Shown here: piece by piece, positions 28,478 to 38,414 of the stretch
How the letters are laid out: the number at the start of each line of letters is the position of its first letter
Numbering within the stretch: the stretch's first letter is position 1
From: a virus
Virus record (IMG/VR): IMGVR_UViG_3300046370_000603
Reading direction: 5' to 3' (one strand)
Length of the DNA stretch: 64,000 nucleotides
Made by a program: the position numbers and the translations under genes
Notes under the pieces: generated by a model
Told to the model about the DNA's origin: nothing
Database searches by the model: none
Seen by the model: the letters and a program-made list of their open reading frames with translations, nothing else

Positions 28478-30862
28478 ATGACAACAAATTGCACAAGTAA
28501 ACATATCGAGGAATTCTGCTCTGTATTTGTATCATTGAACATGAATTTATCGCCTGCATCAGGCCCCACTATAGACGCTGCTTTACTTGGAGAAATTAAT
28601 GATTACACTGATTTAAGTTTTAAGATTACAAACTACTTGAAAACAATTGGGATTCCAATTTTAAACCCATCGGAGTGGGTTGTGGCCTCTGTGACTGTAG
28701 ATAAATCTTCTTCTGGGGTTGTCACTAATGTTAGATTAGTGGACGGAGTATGGATGGAATACTCAACAAAATATTTAGGGGCTGGACCAGCAAGTGGATT
28801 TTATGACACTCAGATAGGAAAAGAGTATTATAATGTTAATGGAATACCGATTTCAAGTTGGGACGATAAAATACCAAGAAATATTTTAGTTGAAAGATCA
28901 TTTTTATTAAGCCAGTATCGATTTCTGAATTCGGGCACTAGATTTATTAATAATGATGGTTTGCCTGAAGACGTATCAGGTATTACCGCAGCAGAGTTTG
29001 TCAAGAATCATAGTCCTGGATTACCTGATCCAAATGTTGAGTTTGGAGAATATTTTTACACATCAAGAGAATTGTTTGACGAATTTGATAAAGTTAAAAA
29101 TGCTGATAGCATAAAAGGTTTATTTAATGATACAGGTACTTATTTTGATGTTCTTTCGGCTGTCGGAAGCAGGTTTGGCAAGCTATTTGTTGCAAATTCT
29201 ATATGGGGTACTCAATATTTAAATATAGATTCAGGGTACGGAACTAAAGAAAAGTTAACAAGTAATGGAATATCCGTGCCTGATTCAGCAATTAGTTCAA
29301 GTGTTACAAAAGATTATAGTGCAGGATATACAACTGAATACCAATTAGTAACAAGAACGCCAGGTAGATACCGAAGAGATCAACAAGAAGCTATTTCAAA
29401 TACTACTAATAATTATTATGTAAACCCTAGTGGAACATTTAAGCACGGAAAAGTTTTGCTGGGCAGTAAATTAGAATTTGATGATTTATATGATGTTCGT
29501 TTCATGGCTTGGAGTATAGTGAAAGATCATCCAATTTTTCAAGAACTCGGAGCTGCTTACGCTATACAGAAGTATGCTACCGAAATTGACGAAGGGGTTT
29601 CCGCGTTATATGACATGGGGCATTTACAAGGTTATACTTGGTATAAAGGAGCCCAAGAAGCATTGCAGGGTGAAGATTTTTTACAGAACGCTGAAGATTC
29701 TTTGTTTAATCATTCAGCTGCAACGGTATTACCGAACGACATAGACTTTGATGACGCAGTAACCGCATGGGAAAATTATAGAAGGTTTTGGTACTCCACA
29801 ACAGCTGACAGTTATCCAATAACTCAACAAGGTGATGCAAATGACAATCTTTATCCAGACACTTTTGGTTTTGAAAATTTTGGAACAGCTGCAAAACCAC
29901 TGGGTAGTAGGACCTGGACAATCAGTGGAGTAGCCAATTTAAGTTATATCCCTGGATCAACACAGAGTAGAGATTTTGGGTACACGGGTGATAATGCAAC
30001 AGCTTCTATAGCAAGCAAAGTTGGAATTGAGCAAACAGAAGGAATTATTTTAGCAGATTATGGACCGATACCTTTTCCTTCTATTTCAATTGAAGCTAAT
30101 ATTAATGGAGCAGAAAATTTTATAGATTTGAGTAACTCTACTTTAGCTAAAGGAGGCACTCAACTTGGTGGCGTGGCTGCTATTAATTATTCAGAAATAC
30201 GAAGTCGAGCTTGGGATGTTTTTGATAGCGCTGTAAACACAATAAATGATCATGGTAAAAAAAGAACTGGATCAGCGACTACATGTTTTTGGAGCGGCGT
30301 TCAAGACCCTAATATGATATACACCTCAAATACAGCGGCGCTTGACAGTAATGGTAATAGAAAAAACAACAGCGAGTTAACTGAGTCAGAGCAAATAACG
30401 ACTATTAATGAAAAAGTTGCAGTTCATAGAAGAGAGCATGTGCAAAATTGTAAGTCTAGTTTTGGATCAGTGGAGCCTGATAGTCAAGCTTATAGGCTTA
30501 ATAGGCATTTATTTCATAAAGTTAGTACATTATCTTGGTATGAAGGGTATGTTTATAATTCAGAGAAACAAGGGGTGAGAGTTTTATGGAGAGAAGGGGG
30601 TAAAAATTATGCCCAATTTTATCCGTATGTATTTAATTGCGGGCAACCCCATTCCGTTCCTTTTATCGAAACAATATCTTTTAGTTTAGTTAATGAATTA
30701 TACCAACTAACAGATGAGCAAATGAGATTTTTAGAATCTTTATCTATAACCATTAACGACGGAAAAATGAACGCAAAATACGCATTTTCAGAAAAGTCAA
30801 GTACCCCTGATTTTAGGGGAATGGACGCGGCAAAAGTTTCACTTCAAAATGTAATAAGATAA
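28478..30862 (+). CDS. Putative tail hub/baseplate-type protein
   Basis: 794 aa, beta-rich, in tail-tip position (synteny only). Confidence 0.45.
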   Translation: MTTNCTSKHIEEFCSVFVSLNMNLSPASGPTIDAALLGEINDYTDLSFKITNYLKTIGIPILNPSEWVVASVTVDKSSSGVVTNVRLVDGVWMEYSTKYLGAGPASGFYDTQIGKEYYNVNGIPISSWDDKIPRNILVERSFLLSQYRFLNSGTRFINNDGLPEDVSGITAAEFVKNHSPGLPDPNVEFGEYFYTSRELFDEFDKVKNADSIKGLFNDTGTYFDVLSAVGSRFGKLFVANSIWGTQYLNIDSGYGTKEKLTSNGISVPDSAISSSVTKDYSAGYTTEYQLVTRTPGRYRRDQQEAISNTTNNYYVNPSGTFKHGKVLLGSKLEFDDLYDVRFMAWSIVKDHPIFQELGAAYAIQKYATEIDEGVSALYDMGHLQGYTWYKGAQEALQGEDFLQNAEDSLFNHSAATVLPNDIDFDDAVTAWENYRRFWYSTTADSYPITQQGDANDNLYPDTFGFENFGTAAKPLGSRTWTISGVANLSYIPGSTQSRDFGYTGDNATASIASKVGIEQTEGIILADYGPIPFPSISIEANINGAENFIDLSNSTLAKGGTQLGGVAAINYSEIRSRAWDVFDSAVNTINDHGKKRTGSATTCFWSGVQDPNMIYTSNTAALDSNGNRKNNSELTESEQITTINEKVAVHRREHVQNCKSSFGSVEPDSQAYRLNRHLFHKVSTLSWYEGYVYNSEKQGVRVLWREGGKNYAQFYPYVFNCGQPHSVPFIETISFSLVNELYQLTDEQMRFLESLSITINDGKMNAKYAFSEKSSTPDFRGMDAAKVSLQNVIR

Positions 30863-31116
30863 TGAAAACTGTAAAAGCAACTAAATTAATAAAAATGTAT
30901 GCCGATGATAATGGGAATGCTCAAATTATAATCACAAGTGACGGGCAAGATTTTAAAATAGATATAGACTCTGGAGATGAAGTTGAAGAAATTTCTTTGC
31001 TGGAAAATAAACCTAACCTATTGGAGCTAAAAATTAGAGAAATAGAGTATTGCTCAGAAGATGGAACAAAATACAAAATGTATGTACTTGGAACCCAAGC
31101 TTGGAAGGAAGAATAA
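30862..31116 (+). CDS. Small hypothetical tail-locus protein
   Basis: 84 aa, coupled (TAATG) to the previous gene. Confidence 0.65.
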   Translation: MKTVKATKLIKMYADDNGNAQIIITSDGQDFKIDIDSGDEVEEISLLENKPNLLELKIREIEYCSEDGTKYKMYVLGTQAWKEE

Positions 31117-31118
31117 AA

Positions 31119-32705
31119 GTGGGGATTGGTAATTGTTGTAATATTGAAGAAAAAGAAATTGCTGATGATAGAATTAAATATTATGGCAGACCTTCAATTA
31201 AAACGCAAAAATATTTAGCAGGGGAATATTTTGCATCTAGAATAGAATCATTAAATGTTCGTAACCTAGGTGGATCTTTGAATCCATACTTTACTTACGA
31301 TTTGAAAGTTAGTTCTGATTATTTGGTTTCTTGCCATGGGTCTTCAGGTGTTGTTATTAATAGATACTCGAATAAGTCTATAAATTTTCACACTCATATA
31401 ACGGGAAGTGGAGGTAATACAGGTTTATTTAATGGCTCAAAACAAGGCGATAAACAATATCAATTCTGGAAAGGTGGCGCGGGGGGGACTAGATATGGTT
31501 TTGATAATTTTGTTGGTTCTTACGGGGTAGACTTTTACACTTCATCATCAATATTTATTGCTAGAGGGCAGGATGTTGTTTATTACGATATAGAAAATAA
31601 TAGTTACAAAAATGTAGACTCCTTTTCTGGAACAATAGCGAATAAAGTTGCATGCTTTGGGGGATATCTTTTTGTGGGAACCTGTGGGTATAAAAATCCA
31701 TCAACTTACACAGGCTATAATTCTTCTAATTTTCCTGAGTATGGAAGTTTTATGGAAAATTTAATTCAACAAGCTAATCAAAAGCAATCGTCTGGCATTT
31801 TTGTATATGACATTGATAAGATACTTAAGGGGCAAAATGGTTTTGTTAAAGTAATAACTAATAGTAATTGGGGTAATATATCAGATGTAACGTGCATGAA
31901 ATCTGGCGTTGGAAGAGTAGCTTTTGGCACAGTAAATGGCGCGGGCTACATAGAAATTGAAACGGACCCCGCAACAAACCTACAGACTCCTGTTGCTTAT
32001 GGCTTAGGGGTTGGAGATATTATAACATCTATAGATATGGTTGGAGAAGATATATTTACCACAACAGCTAGACATTCTTCTGGCGCCGTTTTTAAAAACG
32101 GTCATCAATTGTTTTCGACAGAAAATTATCAAAATCAACAATGGTGTTCTGATAGTTTTATTGGGTGTCTCGATTTTGATAGTTTTGAATTTTATGATGG
32201 AGCTTTTGCCGCAGTTATGCCACAACCTTTAGATACTTACGGAATTTCTCAAAGAGTTTTGTCCGCAGCGTGTCCACCAATCAATTCCAAAAACACTCTA
32301 GAGCAAATAGGGACATTCCCTACGGGTATAGGCGCAGACGAAAATCTGGTAGCTGTAAGTTTGTGGCAAAATGGAATATACTTTTTTACTCATTCAGGGC
32401 AATTAGTTGGATCAAGAAAAAGTTGGGTATCAATACCAGAATCTTGTAATGAGTTTATTAGACAAGATGGGAGTACAGATCCCTCTGCCTATAACGCAGA
32501 ATACTCTATTTCAGCTGGGCCAATAGCTGTTGGGGATGGTGATGTATTTGTGGCAGACTCTGTGCAATTTGCGTTAGGTGGAGTTTCTGGTCCTTTGATT
32601 TATAATCCAATGAAGATGTATCACACATTCGAAGAAAACTCAGCATTTCATACCCTAACTCAAGGGTTTAATATATTTGGTGGAATAATTCATTTTCATG
32701 ATTAA
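31119..32705 (+). CDS. Putative beta-propeller virion/receptor-binding protein
   Basis: Start placed at GTG 31119 after the previous stop; repeated short strand units (YLVS..G, YLFVG, IFVYD, VAVS...GIYFF, VFVAD). Confidence 0.45.
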   Translation: MGIGNCCNIEEKEIADDRIKYYGRPSIKTQKYLAGEYFASRIESLNVRNLGGSLNPYFTYDLKVSSDYLVSCHGSSGVVINRYSNKSINFHTHITGSGGNTGLFNGSKQGDKQYQFWKGGAGGTRYGFDNFVGSYGVDFYTSSSIFIARGQDVVYYDIENNSYKNVDSFSGTIANKVACFGGYLFVGTCGYKNPSTYTGYNSSNFPEYGSFMENLIQQANQKQSSGIFVYDIDKILKGQNGFVKVITNSNWGNISDVTCMKSGVGRVAFGTVNGAGYIEIETDPATNLQTPVAYGLGVGDIITSIDMVGEDIFTTTARHSSGAVFKNGHQLFSTENYQNQQWCSDSFIGCLDFDSFEFYDGAFAAVMPQPLDTYGISQRVLSAACPPINSKNTLEQIGTFPTGIGADENLVAVSLWQNGIYFFTHSGQLVGSRKSWVSIPESCNEFIRQDGSTDPSAYNAEYSISAGPIAVGDGDVFVADSVQFALGGVSGPLIYNPMKMYHTFEENSAFHTLTQGFNIFGGIIHFHD

Positions 32706-32714
32706 TATAATTAT

Positions 32715-33062
32715 ATGACACTAGAAATTATTGAAGTTTATCTTTGGGGGTTCTTAGGAGCGTTGAATTGGATTTTTACTTGGCAAACAACCACGTTGAA
32801 AGTTAAATTTTTAAAGTTATGGATATTTTTAAGGAGGAAAAAAGTTATGCTTTATACACCCACTGATTTTGAAGAGTATGTTTATAAGAATTGGGGGTTA
32901 CTTGGAGAGCTGCTAACTTGCCCAATATGTTTTTCACATTGGGTTGGCGCAATATTTTCTGGAGTATTAGCTTATGTATTAAATGTTAATTATATTGTAG
33001 TGCCTCTAGCTTTTTTTAGTTACCCAGTTTTAATTTATTTTTTAATTAAAAAATACATTTAA
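32715..33062 (+). CDS. DUF1360-like small membrane protein
   Basis: LGELLTCPICFSHWVG signature with hydrophobic helices; last gene of the structural module. Confidence 0.65.
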   Translation: MTLEIIEVYLWGFLGALNWIFTWQTTTLKVKFLKLWIFLRRKKVMLYTPTDFEEYVYKNWGLLGELLTCPICFSHWVGAIFSGVLAYVLNVNYIVVPLAFFSYPVLIYFLIKKYI

Positions 33063-33801
33063 TATCTTTTTTAGAAATTGAATAATTACCAAAGTAAGCA
33101 ACTGATTTAGAAGCTATATTGGTAGCTAGTTCTATGGATTGATTTATATCACTACTTAATGCATAGCAACCAGATAAAACTGACAAAAAGACGTCTCCCG
33201 CGCCAGATACATCAAAAACTTCAACTTTAGGGGCTGGGAAAATTTTATCATCAAACTTAGATCCTTTAGCGCCACTTGTAAGAATTAGATTATAGTTATC
33301 AGGGAATTTAGGATTTTTAGAAAACTCTAAGTCATTAATTTTAATGAATGCGTTATTAAAGCAAGAAAGATCGTTCTTTTTGGAATCAACGAATACAGGA
33401 ACTTTAGATGTCTTACATATGTATTCTGCTAATTCGTGAGTTATGTAACCTTTGTCGTAGTCTGATATAATGATAAGATCAGAATTTTTTATTAATTTTT
33501 TTTCTTTATTAGTTAAAGTTATAGGATCTACGCTCAGTCCTTTATCAACTCGAATTAATTGCTGTTTAGATTTCTCATCTATATATCTTTCTTTTAAGAT
33601 AAAAGATGGGTTGTTTGTGATTGAATGAACTTTAAATGGAAAAATTTTTAAATTCCTATAAACATTCTGAGACATACCTAGGAAAGATTTTTGCTTTAAA
33701 AAGTTGAAAACAGGAACGGGAGCTTCAGGACTAATTCTATTTACAGAACCAAAGAAGTAAATATCTGTGCAAGATTCTCCTATTAGTAATATATTTTTCA
33801 T
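33046..33801 (-). CDS. PfkB-family sugar kinase, HldE/RfaE kinase domain (heptose-7-phosphate kinase-like)
   Basis: RISPEAPVPV, SDYDKG and DVSGAGD motifs; start set at MKNILLIG (33801) because the longer ORF overlaps the tRNA. Confidence 0.85.
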   Translation of the reverse strand: MKNILLIGESCTDIYFFGSVNRISPEAPVPVFNFLKQKSFLGMSQNVYRNLKIFPFKVHSITNNPSFILKERYIDEKSKQQLIRVDKGLSVDPITLTNKEKKLIKNSDLIIISDYDKGYITHELAEYICKTSKVPVFVDSKKNDLSCFNNAFIKINDLEFSKNPKFPDNYNLILTSGAKGSKFDDKIFPAPKVEVFDVSGAGDVFLSVLSGCYALSSDINQSIELATNIASKSVAYFGNYSISKKDIKCIF

Positions 33802-33809
33802 TTTAAAAA

Positions 33810-33886
33810 TGGTCGGGATAGCAGGATTTGAACCTGCGACTTCTTGCTCCCAAAGCAAGCGCACTACCAGGCTGTGCTATATCCCG
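33810..33886 (-). tRNA. trnP: tRNA-Pro (anticodon TGG)
   Basis: CGGGATATAGCACAGCCTGGTAGTGCGCTTGCTTTGGGAGCAAGAAGTCGCAGGTTCAAATCCTGCTATCCCGACCA: full cloverleaf, GGTTCAAATCC T-arm, encoded CCA end. Confidence 0.97.
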
Positions 33887-33894
33887 ATACAGAT

Positions 33895-34671
33895 CTAATT
33901 TTCTTTTATTATTTTTAGTAGTATTCTAGAATCTTTTGCGGGTATATCTTTGTAACTGTTCCAATTTGGAATTTCAGAATTAATATAGATATTAGATTCT
34001 TTTAGAGAAAGAAGATACTCTTTAAAGCATTCGAAGTCTGGGCAATTAATTATATCTTTAGCAAATTTTTCTAAAGTTTGGTCTATAGAGAAAGCTGGTG
34101 ATAATGTTTCACTAGAAGATGAATTTAAAGGCTTGCTAGAGTCCGAGGTATCCATTTCATCTAAGCCAACTATATGAACATTTAAAAAATTTCTAACAGC
34201 TCTAACAAAGGCTCTATTACAAGCTATAGTTTCTAAGAATTTAACTGCAAAACTACTGCAATTATTAATTGTAGCATTCGCCATATCTTCATAAAAAACA
34301 GATTCTCCGCCCGTTTCGTAGTTAGGTATAAAGTTTATTGTGCAAGATACAGCTACGTGATCGTGCTCGCATTTTACAGTTTCATAACTAATTCCTGAAA
34401 AACCTCTTAGCCTTGCAAGCTCTTTTATTCCAGAAAGTTTAATTAATAATTGATGATCTTTGAGCCCATCAATGACCTTTGGTAAAGGTTTGTTAAATCT
34501 TTGAAACCAAGCCTTATTGGGGAAAAGATGCTCTTCTTTAACCATAGCTCTCCAGTTTATTGAGCCATCATCATTGAAAATATACTCAACATTTTCAAGC
34601 AAGCCATTTTCGTCTCGTTTAAAATTGCTTGGGCCAAAAGAATTGTCTATCTTAGGTTTACTTTTTGACAT
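33895..34671 (-). CDS. Hypothetical protein, possible Rad52/RecT-like single-strand annealing protein
   Basis: LIKLSGIKELA...VSCTI...ETIACNRAFVRAVR resembles the annealase core helix; near ssb. Confidence 0.35.
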   Translation of the reverse strand: MSKSKPKIDNSFGPSNFKRDENGLLENVEYIFNDDGSINWRAMVKEEHLFPNKAWFQRFNKPLPKVIDGLKDHQLLIKLSGIKELARLRGFSGISYETVKCEHDHVAVSCTINFIPNYETGGESVFYEDMANATINNCSSFAVKFLETIACNRAFVRAVRNFLNVHIVGLDEMDTSDSSKPLNSSSSETLSPAFSIDQTLEKFAKDIINCPDFECFKEYLLSLKESNIYINSEIPNWNSYKDIPAKDSRILLKIIKEN

Positions 34672-34677
34672 TTTAGT

Positions 34678-34706
34678 ATGATAATGTATTTAGCCTAAAA
34701 TGTCAA
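34678..34706 (-). promoter_or_regulatory. Sigma70-type promoter TTGACA-N17-TATCAT
   Basis: Read on the - strand; the -10 box ends 6 nt before the ATG at 34671. Confidence 0.75.
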
Positions 34707-35236
34707 GGTTTTTTTAAGTTTTCGATTTGATTTTTAATTCTAAAATTTACAAGCCTACTGATAATTGATTTTATAAATTGATAAATAACTTCTACTTCTC
34801 CAGGGTCAAGGGGAATTTTGAAAGTGTCGGAACCATTTCGAGTGATAGATATCCCAAAAGCAGGAACTACCGATTGCTTCTCTTCAAATTTTTTGGTTTT
34901 AGGATTTAATGAAGATGTTTTTACAGGCTTGTCCCAAGGAGAAAATTTAATAGTAGTTTTGTTACCTTCGTAGTTGTGAAAAGTATTATATTCATAGCGA
35001 TTTCTTAAGCAACTTAATATTGATCCACACTCAAATTCATTAAATTTTATTGATAAATTTTTAGAAGGCTCATTGCTGTTTTGCGAAAAACTTCCAGTTT
35101 TTTTATTATCGTCCCAGCTATATTGTTTGATCGAATTAACGTATAAGCAAGGTTCTTGATTTTTTTGCACTCCATACCTAAAGCTAAAGGCGCAACCAGT
35201 GTTTTTTGAATTTGGTTTGTATATTGATATACTCAT
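34703..35236 (-). CDS. Hypothetical protein (beta-rich, possibly nucleic-acid binding)
   Basis: 177 aa ORF in the early operon. Confidence 0.65.
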   Translation of the reverse strand: MSISIYKPNSKNTGCAFSFRYGVQKNQEPCLYVNSIKQYSWDDNKKTGSFSQNSNEPSKNLSIKFNEFECGSILSCLRNRYEYNTFHNYEGNKTTIKFSPWDKPVKTSSLNPKTKKFEEKQSVVPAFGISITRNGSDTFKIPLDPGEVEVIYQFIKSIISRLVNFRIKNQIENLKKP

Positions 35237-35237
35237 T

Positions 35238-35627
35238 TTAATCGTATGTTACTTTCCAATTTTTGTTTTCCCAAGTCCTTTGCTTTAGTTCATTTACATG
35301 CTTAGCCCCTTTCCTCTTGTTGGAGTAATCTTTGAAGAATTTTTGTTGAACTGGATCAACTCCATTGTTCATGGATTTTCTTTGCTCGGATAACTCTTTA
35401 GAGTAATCTTGAAGATCTCCATAGGTTCCTTTCATTTTTGAGGTTTTTTCAATAAAAGATACATTATTAAAAGGATCTATATTGGACTCGCAATTAAGCT
35501 GGGGATTTGTCCATTCTCTTTTCCATTCGACACCATCTTCATCAAAGTAAACATGTTCATCATTCATTGACTGAATGACTTCTATGTACTGTTCTTTTTC
35601 TGGGTGTTTAAAAACGTAAACAGGCAT
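35238..35627 (-). CDS. FmdB-like (Cys-less zinc-ribbon-type) protein
   Basis: MPVYVFKHPEKEQYIEVIQSMND N-terminus resembles the MPxYxYxC..E..Q family but lacks the Cys ligands. Confidence 0.5.
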   Translation of the reverse strand: MPVYVFKHPEKEQYIEVIQSMNDEHVYFDEDGVEWKREWTNPQLNCESNIDPFNNVSFIEKTSKMKGTYGDLQDYSKELSEQRKSMNNGVDPVQQKFFKDYSNKRKGAKHVNELKQRTWENKNWKVTYD

Positions 35628-35640
35628 ATAATTATATACT

Positions 35641-35669
35641 ATTATAACTCATAAAATAGAAAAAATCAA
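35641..35669 (-). promoter_or_regulatory. Sigma70-type promoter TTGATT-N17-TATAAT
   Basis: Read on the - strand upstream of ATG 35627. Confidence 0.65.
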
Positions 35670-35689
35670 TTAAAAGTGTATTTACAAGA

Positions 35690-36808
35690 ATGTTTTACTT
35701 TATAATTACAATAACAACAGCATTAGCTTTATCTGCTATAGGGGCTTATTTTAGTATTATTGGATTAGCAACTATTTTTCCAGGAGGAAAAGATTCTGTT
35801 ATTATTATGGCATCCATACTGGAGATAGCTAAAATAATAACCGTACTTTGGCTTCATAGAAATTGGGTAAAATGTAAGTTGCTCTTGAAGGCTTATTTAA
35901 CATTTGCAGTTTTTACTTTAATGGGTATAACTAGCTTAGGGATTTTTGGATTCTTGAGCAAGTCTCATGTTGAGCATCAGTTTTTCACAGAAAAAGAATT
36001 GATAAATTCAAAAGAATTTGATTTCCAGATTCAAGTCGAGCTTGATTTAATCAACTCTTATAAAGAAGAAATTAATAAAAAATCTACAGAAACTAGTAAT
36101 CCCTTGAATAGATTTGATAAAAGAAAAGAAGAGGTGAGGGAAGAAATGAGGTTATTAAAAGAAAAACTAAATGAAGATATTATATTTGAGAATAAAAAAA
36201 TAGAAAATAATAATCTTTTGATTTCACAGCTGGATCAAGAGATCAAAAAAGCGGAAGATCAGCCGAGAGGCTTATTCTCGAATAATAAAAATAAAATTGA
36301 AAAAATAAAAGAATCACAAAAAGAAGAAAGAGAAAAGATAAAAATTGATTCTGAAAATGTTAATAAAAATATTTTGAATATTAAAAATAGTTACGATCAG
36401 GCATATGAATTATTAAATAATAAATTAAATGATATATCTAATGTGCAGTGGGAAAATTTTGATGATTCAAAAGATCAAAAACAAAAATATAGCGAATTAA
36501 TTAATCAGTCCATGGAAAAAGTACAAGAACTTAAAAGAGAAAAATTAAAGTTTGACGAAAAAATTATGGCTCTTGAAACTGAGATAGGGCCATTGAAGTA
36601 TGTAGTTGGATTAATTAGCGATCTCTCGGATAAAAAAATTGAAAACGAACAAGCCGTTAGATTAATAATAATAGTTATTATGCTTGTATTTGATCCGCTA
36701 GCAATTCTTTTGCTTGTTGCTGCCCAAGTTTCTTTCAAGAAAGATAGGGGCGAATTTGTCAATAAAACTTACGTGGATTTACATAAAAAAATTAATAAAA
36801 ATTATTAA
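35690..36808 (+). CDS. Membrane protein with a long coiled coil
   Basis: Three N-terminal hydrophobic helices, a Lys/Glu-rich coiled coil, and a C-terminal TM segment (VFDPLAILLL). Confidence 0.75.
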   Translation: MFYFIITITTALALSAIGAYFSIIGLATIFPGGKDSVIIMASILEIAKIITVLWLHRNWVKCKLLLKAYLTFAVFTLMGITSLGIFGFLSKSHVEHQFFTEKELINSKEFDFQIQVELDLINSYKEEINKKSTETSNPLNRFDKRKEEVREEMRLLKEKLNEDIIFENKKIENNNLLISQLDQEIKKAEDQPRGLFSNNKNKIEKIKESQKEEREKIKIDSENVNKNILNIKNSYDQAYELLNNKLNDISNVQWENFDDSKDQKQKYSELINQSMEKVQELKREKLKFDEKIMALETEIGPLKYVVGLISDLSDKKIENEQAVRLIIIVIMLVFDPLAILLLVAAQVSFKKDRGEFVNKTYVDLHKKINKNY

Positions 36809-37275
36809 AATTCAAATTCTTCAGCAAAAGAATCAAAGTCTTCTTCGTCCGCAGGAGGAGATTCATTAGATTTTTGACTCGTGCCTGTTGATTTTTTTGA
36901 TGGAGATTTTATTTTTTTTGAAACCTTGGATTCTTCAATTTCAACTTTTGGGCCAAATTGAATTTTACCGCAGTAACCATCAACATTTACAGTGAAAGTG
37001 GTACACGTTAACTCTTCGCCTTGCGAGCTAGTCTTTGTATATTGCTTAGGTATTATTGATGCATTAGATATAAATACTTGAGCGCCCTTTTTTAGCATCA
37101 TGCATTTTTCTCCCTCTCTGCCCCATACATCAATGTAAAAAAAGAGTGCTTTCTCATTATGAGGGTTGTTTACCGCAATTCTAAATTTACAAACTTTATT
37201 TTGACCAGCATCTTTTAGTTCTGGGTCAGCAACTAAATTGCCTATGCAGTGAAATTGATTTAAATAATAAGCCAT
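36805..37275 (-). CDS. ssb: Single-stranded DNA-binding protein
   Basis: LNQFHCIGNLVADPELK...FRIAVN...VWG...KKGAQV OB-fold pattern; acidic aromatic-ending tail (DEEDFDSFAEEFEF). Confidence 0.85.
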   Translation of the reverse strand: MAYYLNQFHCIGNLVADPELKDAGQNKVCKFRIAVNNPHNEKALFFYIDVWGREGEKCMMLKKGAQVFISNASIIPKQYTKTSSQGEELTCTTFTVNVDGYCGKIQFGPKVEIEESKVSKKIKSPSKKSTGTSQKSNESPPADEEDFDSFAEEFEF

Positions 37276-37276
37276 T

Positions 37277-37876
37277 TTATTTTTCCTTTCTCATAGTTTT
37301 TAAGTATTTATCATGAACATTAATGCAACCTTGTATGCTTAAATTAATATCGGGATCTTTAGAAACTTCAGACCAGGGCATTACTGAATTATTTTTTCCT
37401 TGAATATATCTCAAGTGAAATATTCTATAGAGTCTTTTATCTTTATGCGATTTAAGTTTTTGAATAAAAGAGGATATAATATCTTTATGCTCTGATGTTT
37501 CACAGTTGTTCTCTATAAACTCATCACTACCGTCTGATAATGATTCCATGCATTCTCTATCAACGTTTAAAACTTGACTAAAATCTCTTTTATATTTTCT
37601 TGAAAAGTTTAAGCAGAACCATTTTACTCTACTAGCTAGATATGTACTAAATTTAGCTCCTTTATCAAATTTATAATCAAGTATACATTGATAAATAAAA
37701 TAGTTTTTATCCATCAAGAAGTCTTGTTTGTGAAAGTTGTAACTTGTGTACATATACTTATTGCATATCTTATAAAATATATTAGAATGAAGATCTAAAA
37801 TTTTCTTGAAATTTTCAGATGTATTCTCGCCTTTTTGAATTTTTTCTAAAATTTTATTCTCTTCTAAGTTTTTCAT
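37277..37876 (-). CDS. Phage-encoded sigma70-family sigma factor (regions 2 and 4)
   Basis: DYKFDKGAKFSTYL region-2.3 motif; C-terminal IFHLRY...PWSEVSK...LSIQG HTH-like region 4. Confidence 0.7.
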   Translation of the reverse strand: MKNLEENKILEKIQKGENTSENFKKILDLHSNIFYKICNKYMYTSYNFHKQDFLMDKNYFIYQCILDYKFDKGAKFSTYLASRVKWFCLNFSRKYKRDFSQVLNVDRECMESLSDGSDEFIENNCETSEHKDIISSFIQKLKSHKDKRLYRIFHLRYIQGKNNSVMPWSEVSKDPDINLSIQGCINVHDKYLKTMRKEK

Positions 37877-38414
37877 TTATAAATCCTTCAATAAACGGGA
37901 GTCCTTCGCTATCATCATTTGTGAAGCTTTTCCAGGATATTTGGTAATCTGAGTTTCTTTTTAATTTTGGGTCATTTTCAGCTTCTTCTTCATTTGCAGC
38001 TTCAAAACCAAACCTATGTATGTGTACATTAAGTGATTTAGGAAAATGGTTTCTTATGAACTCTTGTTCATTTTCATATCTAACATCAGTTATCACTGAT
38101 ATTAAACCAGAACTGTAATTAGATTCTAAATCTGGCTTAATCTTATTTATCCAGTGATTTTTATTTAAGGTTCTAGCTAGGTTAGTGCCGTAGGCAACCA
38201 TAAGAGGTCTTACTATTTCCTTATCCTTATTAGAGACATTAAAGCAATCTATATTGAAGTTTTTAATAGTTAACTCATTTAATTCTTTTTTGATTTCATC
38301 AGCAAACGCAAGCCTTTTACATTCTGGGAATTTAAGATTCTGCAAAGAATTACTTAAGAGCTTAAAAAAAGTGTCTTTACCGCTTCTAGCTACTCCTGAA
38401 ATTCCGATTATCAT
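37854..38414 (-). CDS. Deoxynucleoside monophosphate kinase (T4 gp1-like)
   Basis: IIGISGVARSGKDT P-loop, LAFADEIK and ITDVRYENE motifs. Confidence 0.85.
   Translation of the reverse strand: MIIGISGVARSGKDTFFKLLSNSLQNLKFPECKRLAFADEIKKELNELTIKNFNIDCFNVSNKDKEIVRPLMVAYGTNLARTLNKNHWINKIKPDLESNYSSGLISVITDVRYENEQEFIRNHFPKSLNVHIHRFGFEAANEEEAENDPKLKRNSDYQISWKSFTNDDSEGLPFIEGFINEKLRRE

Noticed and set aside
33802-33864. N-terminal extension of the kinase ORF (MRLLWEQEVAGSNPAIPT)
   Set aside because: It is the translated tRNA-Pro sequence; the real start is ATG 33801.
33810-33886. tRNA as a prophage attachment site
   Set aside because: No integrase, no duplicated tRNA 3' end, and phage-type genes on both sides.
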